A model generated the notes under the pieces. The model searched no databases, was not told the origin of the DNA, and saw only the letters and a list, made by a program, of their open reading frames with translations. DNA of 64,000 bases from an uncultured Bacilli bacterium. Lineage in GTDB: Bacteria; Bacillota_I; Bacilli_A; RF39; UBA660. Position numbers and translations under genes: made by a program. Location of the stretch: the NCBI GenBank assembly GCA_947632405.1, contig CANRPE010000002.1:1254-65253 (forward strand), read 5' to 3'. Within the stretch, counting starts at the first letter, position 1. Each line of letters starts with the position of its first letter. Positions 52,666 through 62,937 of this stretch are shown piece by piece.

Positions 52666-54828
52666 TTATTGATAATTTTTGACAATTTCTCTAATACTTT
52701 TAGCATCTTCATCATAAAAATCAAATCTTTTTTGATGTGGAAAAGATAATTTCTTACTTAAATTCTTAACTTCATAATTTAAAATAACTGTATTATTTGC
52801 TTCTAAATAAACATCAAAATATCTATTTTTAAAATCTTTTAATTGATACTTAGAAAAAGAATCAATATTTAATATATTACCCTTAATATACATATTTTCA
52901 ACTTTACCATATACTAATATTTCTGGTATTAAAATTTGACCAAATCTTTGTTGATAATTTTCTAGTAAAGTTATTATTTCTTCTTCAGTTAATTCTACAG
53001 ATAAAGCAAACTCTTTCAAACCATATTTTTGTAAATAATAAGCTGTATATGAATTTTCAATATTTAAAGTATAATTTCCAATATTATTATTTTCTTGTTT
53101 AAATAAAAAATATTCACTAACTAAATTTCTAGAATTAGTTTGATCAATTAAAAATAAATTTCTTATATGCTTATAAAATACTTTACTATTATTTTGATAC
53201 TTTTTATATAATTCATAATTATTAACATAAATTCTTGAAAAATTTAATTCTAAGCAAGTTTTTAACTGTTCTTCATTCATAACTTTAGCAGTTAAAATAT
53301 TACTTTGTGGTATATCATGAGATACTAAAGAAAATTTAACTTCTTTCTTTTCAAATAAAGAATTAGGATTTTGTCTTTTAATAATTAATTTTTCTAAAGC
53401 TAGTCTTCTTAATTCATTTAATTCTTTTATCGAAATAAAAATTTGATCATCTTTTTGAACTATTATATTTTTTACTAGAAAAGGACTATTTCCAACTTTT
53501 TGAAGTTGTTCTTTTATTCTTTTTAAAGAAATAGATGAAGTCTTAGCTTTTTCTACAAGACTTTTTTCTACTATAACTTTATATTTATCATCTTGAATTT
53601 CTAATTGTAAAGGTTGATTAATTTTTGCTTTTAATTTCATTGTAATAAATATTTTCTTTTCTTGATAATGTTGTAAAGATTTAATTAATTTTTGATCTAA
53701 AGTCTTATAAACTGTATCATAAGTTTTTAAATCTATTTTATTATCTACATAAACAAAATCATGACTACTATTAATTAATTGATCTTTCTCATTATATAAA
53801 TAATTACAAATTAACCCTTTATTACTTTCTAAAAAACGAATTCCATCTTCTTGATTTAATTCCTTTTCTAATTTTATTTTAATTTTTTTCTTACTAATAT
53901 CTACTACCTTTCCTATTTTTAATCCTATGTGATTTGGAGTTTCAATATTCATTAAATCTAAATCAGAAAATAAATGTCCTCCTGTAAATTTACGATTAAA
54001 AATAGTACGTAATTTATTTAATTCTTCATCTAAGTTAATAGGAACTAAATCTATAAGTTTGCGATATAGATTTGTAATAAATCCAACATATTCAGGACTT
54101 TTCATTCGTCCTTCTATTTTAAAACTAGTAATATTAGTATCAAGTAATTGAGAAAAATTATAACTACTATTTAATTCTTTAGTACTTAAAAAATATTTAG
54201 CTTCACTTAATGGTTGATTATCTTTATATAGATAATAAGGAAGGCGACAACAACCAGTACATTCCCCTCTATTACCACTTCTATTTCCAAGCATTGAACT
54301 CATTAAACAATTACCTGAATAACTAATACATAATGCTCCATGAATAAAAATTTCTAATTCAATAGGAACTTTTATTTGCTTAATTTCCTCTATAGATAAT
54401 TCTCTAGATAAGACTACTCTTTTTACTCCAATCTTATGAAAAAAATTAATAGTATCAATACTACTATTATTAGCTTGAGTTGAAGCATGAATTTCTAATT
54501 TTGGAAAAAGCTCTCTTACTAAACAAATCATTCCAAAATCTTGCATTATAATAGCATCTACTTTATTTCTGTGTAAAAATTCAACTTGCTTTAAAAATTC
54601 TGTTACTTCTTTTTCTTTTACTAAAGTATTCATTGTTACATAAATTCTAACTCCATATAAATGACATAATTTAATAGCTTCAACCATTTCTGTCTCAGAA
54701 AAATTTTGTGCATAACTTCTCGCACCAAATTTTTTTAAACTTAAATAAACAGCATCAGCATTATTATTGATTGCTTGATACAAAGATGCCATATTACCAA
54801 CTGGTGATAATAACTCATATTTTTTCAT
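52666..54828 (-). CDS. Peptidase U32 family protein (long form)
   Basis: ELLSPVGN..AI..NADAVYLS.KKFGARSYAQNFS, and the signature EIFIHGALCISYSGNCLMSS. Confidence 0.85.
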   Translation of the reverse strand: MKKYELLSPVGNMASLYQAINNNADAVYLSLKKFGARSYAQNFSETEMVEAIKLCHLYGVRIYVTMNTLVKEKEVTEFLKQVEFLHRNKVDAIIMQDFGMICLVRELFPKLEIHASTQANNSSIDTINFFHKIGVKRVVLSRELSIEEIKQIKVPIELEIFIHGALCISYSGNCLMSSMLGNRSGNRGECTGCCRLPYYLYKDNQPLSEAKYFLSTKELNSSYNFSQLLDTNITSFKIEGRMKSPEYVGFITNLYRKLIDLVPINLDEELNKLRTIFNRKFTGGHLFSDLDLMNIETPNHIGLKIGKVVDISKKKIKIKLEKELNQEDGIRFLESNKGLICNYLYNEKDQLINSSHDFVYVDNKIDLKTYDTVYKTLDQKLIKSLQHYQEKKIFITMKLKAKINQPLQLEIQDDKYKVIVEKSLVEKAKTSSISLKRIKEQLQKVGNSPFLVKNIIVQKDDQIFISIKELNELRRLALEKLIIKRQNPNSLFEKKEVKFSLVSHDIPQSNILTAKVMNEEQLKTCLELNFSRIYVNNYELYKKYQNNSKVFYKHIRNLFLIDQTNSRNLVSEYFLFKQENNNIGNYTLNIENSYTAYYLQKYGLKEFALSVELTEEEIITLLENYQQRFGQILIPEILVYGKVENMYIKGNILNIDSFSKYQLKDFKNRYFDVYLEANNTVILNYEVKNLSKKLSFPHQKRFDFYDEDAKSIREIVKNYQ

Positions 54829-54906
54829 GAAAAGTCCACCTCTAATAATCTTATCATATCACACTATTTCTTAAATATAAAAGAATTTAATCGCATATAT
54901 TTTAGC

Positions 54907-55266
54907 ATGAATGACGATACAGAAAATATGGTAAAACGCTTAAATTTTGAAAACTTTATTTGGGTAGGCTTTATTATCGTTGGAATATTAGATATTTATG
55001 GTGATGAATTAATAAAAAAAGGCTTAATTCAACATGATTCAACAGCCAATAAAAAAGCCAATAAACTTTTTTTAGGCATCAGTACTTTCACTATTTTAGT
55101 TTATATTTATTTTTTAATAAGAAACTATAGCGACTATAAAAAACACCATAATAAAAGCTATGAAACTAGATTAATAGGCAGTATGTTTATTTTAATAGGA
55201 TCTATTTTCTTATTATACTTTCAACTAACAACAACTAAACAAACTGATTCACCTTCCAATGTCTGA
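54907..55266 (+). CDS. Small three-helix membrane protein, paralog 1
   Basis: 119 aa. It shares ENFIW...I..L.I..DE and the overall topology with the 125-aa ORF at 55592. Confidence 0.5.
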   Translation: MNDDTENMVKRLNFENFIWVGFIIVGILDIYGDELIKKGLIQHDSTANKKANKLFLGISTFTILVYIYFLIRNYSDYKKHHNKSYETRLIGSMFILIGSIFLLYFQLTTTKQTDSPSNV

Positions 55267-55539
55267 TTTTAAATTATTAATCTCTTGATTTAGTGCATCT
55301 ACCATTTTTTTCAAGATCTTTATGCTCTCCTCACCAGAAATAGATGAATTTATTTGACTTGTTCTTTCTTGTTGTACTTGTTTATAAAAAGCATTTGTAC
55401 ATAAAACTTGAGCTGTTAACATAAGCCAATTTCCTAAAGCATTTTGTTCAGAAGCTGTTAAATCATCTATTAATAAATAACCAACTACTACAGCACTAAA
55501 AGAAAAAGCTTTTGGAGATACATTAGGAATGATATTCAA
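55249..55539 (-). CDS. Hypothetical small protein
   Basis: 96 aa. Convergent with the 119-aa gene and overlapping its 3' end by 18 nt. No family recognised. Confidence 0.4.
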   Translation of the reverse strand: MNIIPNVSPKAFSFSAVVVGYLLIDDLTASEQNALGNWLMLTAQVLCTNAFYKQVQQERTSQINSSISGEESIKILKKMVDALNQEINNLKSDIGR

Positions 55540-55591
55540 ATTTTTTCACCTAATAAATTATATTACAAAATAAATAGAATATATTTTAATA

Positions 55592-55969
55592 ATGACAGAA
55601 ACACAAAAACGACTTAAACAAATTAAAATAGAAAATTTTATTTGGTTTATTTATTTAATTTTAATTAGCCTATCTATTCTTGCTAACGAATATGAAAAAA
55701 AATATTTTTGTTTTCATGATTTAATAGCTAAAGAAAAATATCGAAAATTAACTATTGGTATTTTTTCTGTTGCTATTATTATTTATTTTTATTTTTTCTT
55801 TGATAGTTATCAAGATATAAAAACTAATAATTATTATAAAAGTATGAAAAATAAAAATTTAAGTAATCTTAGTTTACTTGGTTCAACATTAATTTTAATT
55901 AGTGGAATTATCTTTTTATATATAGCTATTGTTGATAAAGACTTAGAAATTGAACTTGCTTTTAATTAA
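55592..55969 (+). CDS. Small three-helix membrane protein, paralog 2
   Basis: 125 aa. The N-terminal IKIENFIWFIYLILISLSILANEYEKKY parallels the 119-aa protein. Confidence 0.5.
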   Translation: MTETQKRLKQIKIENFIWFIYLILISLSILANEYEKKYFCFHDLIAKEKYRKLTIGIFSVAIIIYFYFFFDSYQDIKTNNYYKSMKNKNLSNLSLLGSTLILISGIIFLYIAIVDKDLEIELAFN

Positions 55970-55999
55970 AAAAGCATCTACTTTTAGTAGATGACTTTA
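55968..55999. terminator. Bidirectional terminator hairpin
   Basis: CATCTAC-TTTTA-GTAGATG (55975-55993) flanked by an A-run and T-rich sequence. It lies between convergent genes. Confidence 0.5.
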
Positions 56000-56386
56000 T
56001 TCTAAAAATATTTTTCTTGTAATAAAGTTAAAGACCATTACAATAGCTGTTGCGCCTATTTTAACAATTAGATAACTTATTTTTAAAATATCAGTACCAA
56101 ACCACATAATAATTTCTGTTAAAATTAAACCAATAATACTAAATATAATAAATAAGATAAAATTTTTTTTCTCGTCTTTTTCTTTATTAACATCAAAAAC
56201 CCACTTAACACTAGCAATATAATTAAATATTACAGAGATAATAAATCCTAAAGCAGCAGCAAGTAAAACATTAAGACCTAATATTTCTTTAGCAATAATC
56301 ATTACTCCATAGTCAATTAGAAAAGCTATTCCTCCAACAAGACCAAATTTCATAATTTGTTGAAATAATTTATTATTTTTTATCAT
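55997..56386 (-). CDS. GtrA-family membrane protein (polyprenol-linked sugar translocation)
   Basis: 129 aa with four TMs. N-terminus QQIMKFGLVGGIAFLIDYG is typical of GtrA. Confidence 0.8.
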   Translation of the reverse strand: MIKNNKLFQQIMKFGLVGGIAFLIDYGVMIIAKEILGLNVLLAAALGFIISVIFNYIASVKWVFDVNKEKDEKKNFILFIIFSIIGLILTEIIMWFGTDILKISYLIVKIGATAIVMVFNFITRKIFLE

Positions 56387-57320
56387 ATTCGTTTTTTGTC
56401 CTTATTAATACTAATTCAAATAATTGACGATGTTTTTTTACAACAACTTCTAAGATAATACCACAGACAAACATTAAAATAGAAATTATCAGCATAAATC
56501 CAGAAACGATTAAAGTAGGATATCTTGGTACTAATCCAGTTTGAAAATATTCCACAAAAACTGGAACTCCAAAAATAAGAGATACTATTAAAAATAAGAA
56601 ACTAATTAAGCTAAAAAACAACGTAGGCTTATATTCTTTAAAAAGACGAGCAATTGTTTTTAGTACTTTAAAACCATCGCTAAAAGTATTTAATTTAGAA
56701 ACACTTCCTTCTGGTCTATCACGATATTCTACAGGAATTTCTTTTAATAAAAAATTTTTATCTAAAGCATGGATTGTCATTTCTGTTTCTATTTCAAATC
56801 CCTTTGATAGTACAGGAAATGTTTTTACAAATTCATAACTAAAAGCTCGGTAGCCAGTCATAATATCTTGAACATTACTTTTAAATAATTTATTAATTAA
56901 ACCTCTTACTAAAACATTTCCAAAATTATGAAAAGGTCTTTTATTTTCTTTAAAATAAGTAGATGATAATCTATCTCCTATAACCATATCTGCTTTTTTT
57001 TCTAAAATCAAATCACACATTTCTTTAGCATTTTCAGCAGGATAAGTATCATCTCCATCAATCATTAAGTAACAATCAGCATCAATATCTTTGAACATTG
57101 ATCTAATTACATTTCCTTTACCTTGCTTATATTCATATTTTACAGTTGCTCCTGCTTTTTGAGCAATCTTATCAGTATTATCACTAGAATTATTATCATA
57201 AACAAATATTTCAGCATCAGGTAATGCTTTTTTATAATCTTTTACTACTTTATCAATAGTTTTTGCTTCATTATAACAAGGTATTAATACCGCTATTTTA
57301 CTTTTTGTTTCTTTTTTCAT
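56373..57320 (-). CDS. GT2 polyprenol-phosphate glycosyltransferase (GtrB / dolichyl-phosphate-sugar synthase-like)
   Basis: IAVLIPCYNEAKTI, YDNNSSDNT and DGDDTYP (DxD), with two C-terminal TMs. Overlaps gtrA by 14 nt. Confidence 0.85.
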   Translation of the reverse strand: MKKETKSKIAVLIPCYNEAKTIDKVVKDYKKALPDAEIFVYDNNSSDNTDKIAQKAGATVKYEYKQGKGNVIRSMFKDIDADCYLMIDGDDTYPAENAKEMCDLILEKKADMVIGDRLSSTYFKENKRPFHNFGNVLVRGLINKLFKSNVQDIMTGYRAFSYEFVKTFPVLSKGFEIETEMTIHALDKNFLLKEIPVEYRDRPEGSVSKLNTFSDGFKVLKTIARLFKEYKPTLFFSLISFLFLIVSLIFGVPVFVEYFQTGLVPRYPTLIVSGFMLIISILMFVCGIILEVVVKKHRQLFELVLIRTKNEYDKK

Positions 57321-57392
57321 AAAATTACTCCTTACATATTTCTTATTTAATTATAACATATTTATAACCTTTGTAAATTCCCAATTTGACTA

Positions 57393-59639
57393 CTAAAGCC
57401 AAAATTGAATTAAATAATAAAACTCTAACCAAAATCTTAAATTATTAAATTTAAAATCATTACTGATACTAACAAAAAAGTAAAATCCTTGGTATATTAA
57501 TGATAAAGTCGCTAAAAGAAAAATAATTTTTAGTAATAGTTTTTTATTAAATTTTCCAGATTCATTTAAGGCTAAAATAATAAGTACACTAGATATTACT
57601 AATAACCACTGAAAATCAGTAAAATATCTTGCTAAAATACCAGCCATTTCAGTATCTGCAATAATGATAATTAAACTTGCTCCAATTAGAAGTAAACAAA
57701 GGTTAAAGATAAATTTATTATTTATATATTTTTTTAATTTAAAGATAAATAAATTTAAAATAGTTATTGAGGTTGAGAAAAATAAACCTCCATATATAGG
57801 CTCATATATAGTAATACCTAAATAATTAGTTTCTAAAGAAGTTTCTATAATATATGGAAAAATATTTTTCATATTAATTGGATTAAATAAGAATATTATT
57901 ATTCCTAAAGGAATTCTTCCAAAAACAAAACCTCGCTTTGTCATATCATTAGTTGTTAAATTATAGTTAGCTCCAAAATCAAATGGTGAACCAAATCGAA
58001 TATAGTTATAATACATAAGTGCTCCTGCTACTAAAATATATGGTATAACAATCATCAGAGCATTTAGTATTAATTCTTTCTTTGTTAATTTATTATTCTT
58101 AATATAAAGATAAATAAGAGGTATTATAAGAATAGATCCTAATAATAATTGTGGTCTACATCCTGCTACTAAAGCTAAACATAAAGATCCACAGAATAAT
58201 TTAAACTTTGATAATTTATTAATACAAGAAACTAAAAAGATTAAACCTAAATATGTAAACATTATGCCTGTTATAATAGGTAAATTATATAAATCTGGTA
58301 ATTTCAAACAATACATTAAACCAGAACAATAAATTAAAATTAAATTTATTAAAATAAATAATCCTACTGAACACTTCTTAAAAAAATTTTTTATTATTTG
58401 ATTAAATAATAAAATTAAAAATATTGCAGATAACATAGTTATACAAAAAACTATAAAACTTGTTTGTAAATTATGATTAGTAATTAATTTAAAAGGAACA
58501 TAAAAAAGAATTATTGGAACAACTCCAAAATAGGAATAGTAGCGTCCTTTATAAAAAGCTGAATCCCATAAATATGTCATATTATGTTCTTTAAATATTT
58601 TTTCTCTTAAATTATGATCATAAGGATTAGCCATAGTATTAAGTAATTCTTCTGAACCATTTTTATCAATAAAATAAGTTTTACCTTCTATCAAACTATC
58701 AGCAACTCTATTATGAATATTACTTGTATTGGAATTAAAATCTCTAATTGCCCTAATTGATAAAACTGAATAAGAACTTATAATTAATAAAATAAACATT
58801 ACTAAAAGAAATCTTCTTTTTTTAAATTCATTATATTTAATGGTATATAATTTTGAATTAGGTCGTAAAAAATATATAAATAATAAGATCAAAAATACTA
58901 AAAAGACTCTTATAAAATTAATTCTTAGATCAATCTTACTATTAATAACTAGATTATTAATTAAAATTTCATCTCCATTTAAAAAATCAAATTCAAATTT
59001 TAATTTTTCACTTTTACCACTAGTATTAAAATTTAATATCTTTGATTTATAAATTTTTTTACTGACAGTTCTACTATTTAATTGAATATATAACTTATTA
59101 GCTTCATCAGTAAAAAATGGAATTATATCATATGAATCAGTCTTAGTACTATTAATATCTATATATACATTATGAACTTTATTATTAATATTTTTAATTT
59201 CTATATAAGGATTTTCAGTTACTACTTTATATTTATTATTAGTTATTTTCTTCATATTTGTATTTAATTCTACTTTATCTAATAAAGTAATTGGTTTATA
59301 ATTTAAACTCATATAACTTCTAATATTAAATACAGTAAGTTCTAAAAATATAGCTATATTAAAAAATAAAAAAATCATTAATAAGTAACGTATTTTCAAG
59401 TTAGATATTTGAATTTTTATATTTTTCTTATAATATAATAAAATAATTATATTATTTATTAGATAAACTAGACTAAATAATTCAAGACTATTAACTAAAA
59501 AGATTATAGTAATAACTATAATATCTAAGACTAGCATAAATATATAATTATTTTTCTTAGTAGTTTTAAAGTTATAAGTTATAACTAAATTAGTAATAAT
59601 TATTAATAAAGGCCATAATAATATTAGGTTATTAAACAT
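57393..59639 (-). CDS. Large polytopic membrane protein, probable GT-C-type glycosyltransferase (GtrC-like role)
   Basis: 748 aa with more than 12 TM segments, directly upstream of the GtrB/GtrA pair. The call rests on context and topology. Confidence 0.4.
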   Translation of the reverse strand: MFNNLILLWPLLIIITNLVITYNFKTTKKNNYIFMLVLDIIVITIIFLVNSLELFSLVYLINNIIILLYYKKNIKIQISNLKIRYLLMIFLFFNIAIFLELTVFNIRSYMSLNYKPITLLDKVELNTNMKKITNNKYKVVTENPYIEIKNINNKVHNVYIDINSTKTDSYDIIPFFTDEANKLYIQLNSRTVSKKIYKSKILNFNTSGKSEKLKFEFDFLNGDEILINNLVINSKIDLRINFIRVFLVFLILLFIYFLRPNSKLYTIKYNEFKKRRFLLVMFILLIISSYSVLSIRAIRDFNSNTSNIHNRVADSLIEGKTYFIDKNGSEELLNTMANPYDHNLREKIFKEHNMTYLWDSAFYKGRYYSYFGVVPIILFYVPFKLITNHNLQTSFIVFCITMLSAIFLILLFNQIIKNFFKKCSVGLFILINLILIYCSGLMYCLKLPDLYNLPIITGIMFTYLGLIFLVSCINKLSKFKLFCGSLCLALVAGCRPQLLLGSILIIPLIYLYIKNNKLTKKELILNALMIVIPYILVAGALMYYNYIRFGSPFDFGANYNLTTNDMTKRGFVFGRIPLGIIIFLFNPINMKNIFPYIIETSLETNYLGITIYEPIYGGLFFSTSITILNLFIFKLKKYINNKFIFNLCLLLIGASLIIIIADTEMAGILARYFTDFQWLLVISSVLIILALNESGKFNKKLLLKIIFLLATLSLIYQGFYFFVSISNDFKFNNLRFWLEFYYLIQFWL

Positions 59640-59656
59640 TTCTTCATCCCCTTTAG

Positions 59657-61402
59657 TTATTTTTTATTAATTGTTTTAGATAGTAATTTATTACTTAAAA
59701 GTAATAATGGTAAACAAGTATATGCACAATAAATATATCTAAATTCAGCAAATACTGGAGTAGCAACTAACATTGTTAACCAAATTCCAATAACTGGACA
59801 AAATACATATAATATTTTTTTATTTTTACTTTTAATTATCATTGCTATAGAAATGATAATAATCCAAATACATAAACCTATACTCCAAATAAATCCATAT
59901 ATAGGAATCTTTTTAGTTATTAATGAATCAGAAAGTTTTTTTACTTTACTAGGAACTAAACTATTATCACTTAAATTAATATTATTTTTATCAATTCTAG
60001 GAACAACAGTCCAATAGTCAATATTAGGATACCAATAACCTAAAGTAGAAATTAAATAAGCTTCTGTAGCAATATCAAAATGTTTTAGGCATAAAGATAT
60101 CCACATATTTAAATACTTAGTTTTTTGCTTTTCAAATGCCTCAATTTTAAAACTTTTATCAAATTTAATACTATCAACAATTTCAGCATTATAAACTTTC
60201 TTTAATGTTTCTAATGGAATTACTTCATTAATTAATTTTTTCTCATTTTTTGTAAAAGTTACATTTTTATATGCCATTCTTCCTACTTGTTGTAATGGAA
60301 TAGCAATATATTCTGTAGATTTTGACTTTTTAATTCCAAAATAATTAAATATAGGTCCTTTAACTATACCATAGATTAAAAAAATTATTAAAAACATACT
60401 TAATATAACTTTTCTTTGTTTCTTAAAAATAAAAATAGAAATAATAGTTAATAATAAGTACATATAAATTGCATTGTTTCTAAAAAAGATTGTCAAAACA
60501 GAAACAATTATAAATGAATAAGAATTTCGATATGTAATTTGTTTTTTCTCTAATAATTTAATTAATTCCATTGTAAGTAATAAAACACACCCACTAAAAA
60601 TAATATCTTTCCACATTGTAATACTATAAAAAGCATGAATAGGTACAATAGCAAAATATAATAAAATTAGAAGTAAAATTTTTTTACTAACCCCTCGTTT
60701 ATATAAAAATGAAATTACGCTTCCAAAAATAGTTGCCATAATCATCATTTGACAAATAATAATTAAAGAAGCCGCTATATTAATATTATTAAATAGATGC
60801 ATTCCTATTTTAAATGGAATTGCTGAAAGTAAAATATGAATTACAGTATGATGATCACTTAAATTCGTAAAATTATTAATAATTTGGGTTAATTCTGAAA
60901 TAGAATCTCCTGTAAATAAACCAGGATAATAAATAATAAAATATGGAAGCCAACAAATAAAAATAATAATAGTTGCTAAAAGAAAAATATTTACTTTTTT
61001 AGGTAATTTAAACTTTTCAAAAATATTAATTTTATTTACTTTAGGCAATATATTTATAAAGAAAGGATAAAAAAGAGAAAAATATCCACTTAAATAAAGA
61101 ATTGATTTTATTTGAAATAATTCTATCCATATATTATAAGTAGAATTATATCTAAAGTTATAGCAAATTCTTCCTAATAAAAATAAAATAGAAAAAATAC
61201 TTGCTAATGACAAAGATATTTTTCGATATTCTTTATCAAATAAATTACTCTTATAAATATAAGTACCTACTATAAAGAAAATAACTAAATATAAAATATT
61301 AAAATAATCAAGATATTTTTGAAAGTGAAGTGTAAAATATATAAGAATTACCATAAATAGTGATACTAGAAGTTTTCCTAATTTCTTTTTATTATTTGTC
61401 AT
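59657..61402 (-). CDS. Polytopic membrane protein of the glycan locus (function unknown)
   Basis: The track ORF extends to 61483. I prefer the internal ATG at 61402 (MTNNKKKLGKLL), because the upstream 27 codons overlap the preceding ORF and look non-coding. More than 10 TMs. Confidence 0.5.
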   Translation of the reverse strand: MTNNKKKLGKLLVSLFMVILIYFTLHFQKYLDYFNILYLVIFFIVGTYIYKSNLFDKEYRKISLSLASIFSILFLLGRICYNFRYNSTYNIWIELFQIKSILYLSGYFSLFYPFFINILPKVNKINIFEKFKLPKKVNIFLLATIIIFICWLPYFIIYYPGLFTGDSISELTQIINNFTNLSDHHTVIHILLSAIPFKIGMHLFNNINIAASLIIICQMMIMATIFGSVISFLYKRGVSKKILLLILLYFAIVPIHAFYSITMWKDIIFSGCVLLLTMELIKLLEKKQITYRNSYSFIIVSVLTIFFRNNAIYMYLLLTIISIFIFKKQRKVILSMFLIIFLIYGIVKGPIFNYFGIKKSKSTEYIAIPLQQVGRMAYKNVTFTKNEKKLINEVIPLETLKKVYNAEIVDSIKFDKSFKIEAFEKQKTKYLNMWISLCLKHFDIATEAYLISTLGYWYPNIDYWTVVPRIDKNNINLSDNSLVPSKVKKLSDSLITKKIPIYGFIWSIGLCIWIIIISIAMIIKSKNKKILYVFCPVIGIWLTMLVATPVFAEFRYIYCAYTCLPLLLLSNKLLSKTINKK

Positions 61403-61685
61403 TATTATCACTACTTTCTTTAGTTTTTTCAAGGTATTTATTATTAAATTTATAAAAATATTGCATGCTAAATTTATTTTCATTTATAGATTTCTCATTA
61501 AGTTCATTATCTTTAAAAATATCTTTTAAATGTAAGGAGATGTTATTTATAGAACAATCAAAAATTTTAGCCATTGTTTTTTGTGTAAACCATAAAGTTT
61601 CATCTTTATAAACGGCATCAATAACAATATTGCCATCTTTATTTTTATATATTAATAAATTATTTTGATCTTCTAATTTTTTCAT
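61392..61685 (-). pseudogene. Truncated RhuM-family gene remnant (N-terminal ~65 aa conserved)
   Basis: LLIYKNKDGNIVIDAVYKDETLWFTQKTMAKIFDCSINNISLHLKDIFKDNEL matches the N-terminal region of RhuM-family proteins. Those are several-fold longer as I recall. Here the ORF ends after 97 aa with an unrelated tail. Confidence 0.5.
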
Positions 61686-61732
61686 TAGCTCATCTCCAAT
61701 CTATAATATTATGTAAAACTTTTTATGAAAGT

Positions 61733-62770
61733 TTATTTTTGTTCATTTTGGTTACTTTCTAGGATCATATCAAAATAAGTTTTAAAATTAAGTGCTACTT
61801 TTTGCCATGACCATTTTTTAGAATTCTTAATATTTTCTTTAGATAAATCTTTCATTTCTTCACAATGTTCTAGTAATTGTTTTAATGTGTCATAAACAGG
61901 ATCTAAGTTTCTTTCTTTTATAATATATTTTGACTGTTTTTTTCCTAAAGCTTCTCTTACAATACCTACATCTGTTGAAACGATTGGAACTCCACATGCT
62001 AAAGCTTCTAAAACAGGATTAGGCGTACCTTCTATTTTAGAAACACATACTAAGATATCAATATTTGCATAATAATCTACCATTTTATCATGTGGAATAA
62101 AACTTTCTTGCGAATCAGCAAAAGAACCTTCTACATTGAAACCATCTTTTTTTAATTTTTCAATAACAGGTATTAATAAAGTTTTAAGTCCTTTACAATC
62201 TTCATTACCAGCCCATTTACTATTACCTACCCAACCTATTTTAATAGTCCTTTTTGAAATATTTTCAAATCTCTCTAAATTTTTTGGATAAAAAAGATCT
62301 AAATTAACTCCATCAGTTAAAACTGTAGTTGGTTTATACTTAATATCTAAATTATCATAAATATTTTTTAAAATATTAGATGATACAGAATAATACTTAA
62401 TATACTTAAAAATGGTTTGTGTAATATCAAAATCTTCATCTAAAAATAAATGATCATATACAGCTGTTGATATTTTATTTTGATTTAAATATCTATAAAT
62501 AAAATCTTCTTTTGTTATACCGCTCATTTCTAAATCCCATAAAAATGCCGGATTATTTAAATTCAATTGATATCTCCAAAAGAAATGAACTAAATCATAA
62601 TCTTGTACTAATAGTAATATTCTAAGTAAATTATCATCTAAATAACTTGACGGAATAATATCAATATCATAATACTTCGATAAATATTTTTTAATACTAC
62701 AAGCATTATTATAATAAGCCCAAGCTACTTTATCTACAATTAGTGCTATTTTCTTCATTTCTTCCACCAC
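61733..62770 (-). CDS. GT4-type (GT-B fold) glycosyltransferase
   Basis: C-terminal-domain motif KIEGTPNPVLEALACGVPIVSTDVG. 345 aa. Confidence 0.7.
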   Translation of the reverse strand: MVEEMKKIALIVDKVAWAYYNNACSIKKYLSKYYDIDIIPSSYLDDNLLRILLLVQDYDLVHFFWRYQLNLNNPAFLWDLEMSGITKEDFIYRYLNQNKISTAVYDHLFLDEDFDITQTIFKYIKYYSVSSNILKNIYDNLDIKYKPTTVLTDGVNLDLFYPKNLERFENISKRTIKIGWVGNSKWAGNEDCKGLKTLLIPVIEKLKKDGFNVEGSFADSQESFIPHDKMVDYYANIDILVCVSKIEGTPNPVLEALACGVPIVSTDVGIVREALGKKQSKYIIKERNLDPVYDTLKQLLEHCEEMKDLSKENIKNSKKWSWQKVALNFKTYFDMILESNQNEQK

Positions 62771-62937
62771 ACTAACTTTCTTATTTTTCTAATTAATTGA
62801 TATGATCTTGAATTAATAAGAGCTTCTTTTTCATTTTCTAAAGTTTTAATATTTATTCTTAAAAATTCTATTTCTTTTTCATAAGCTTTACATTTTATTT
62901 GTAACTTTTCTAATTCATTATCCATTATTATCACCAT
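62755..62937 (-). CDS. Small coiled-coil ORF (uncertain)
   Basis: 60 aa, overlapping both neighbours (16 and 20 nt). Heptad-like sequence LEKLQIKCKAYEKEIEFLRINIKTLENEKEAL. Confidence 0.3.
   Translation of the reverse strand: MVIIMDNELEKLQIKCKAYEKEIEFLRINIKTLENEKEALINSRSYQLIRKIRKLVWWKK

Noticed and set aside
2871-58900. Many 60-110-aa ORFs in the track lie antisense to, or in alternative frames of, long genes. Examples: 2871-3146, 9584-9772, 10564-10752, 21239-21454, 21627-21851, 26585-26908, 26614-26814, 26679-26888, 28473-28727, 29454-29639, 36644-36838, 36991-37218, 40910-41113, 41136-41333, 45177-45374, 45317-45541, 46089-46277, 46341-46589, 47527-47721, 47606-47872, 50710-50898, 51709-51894 and 58840-59052.
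   Set aside because: All are fully embedded in well-supported longer CDSs. They lack convincing RBSs and have Ile/Leu/Phe/Lys-rich shadow-frame composition, which is expected by chance in very AT-rich DNA.
61403-61483. The N-terminal 27 codons of the 608-aa track ORF (MKINLACNIFINLIINTLKKLKKVVII).
   Set aside because: They overlap the RhuM-remnant ORF and lack an RBS. The internal ATG at 61402 gives a typical positively charged N-terminus before the first TM, so the shorter CDS is preferred.
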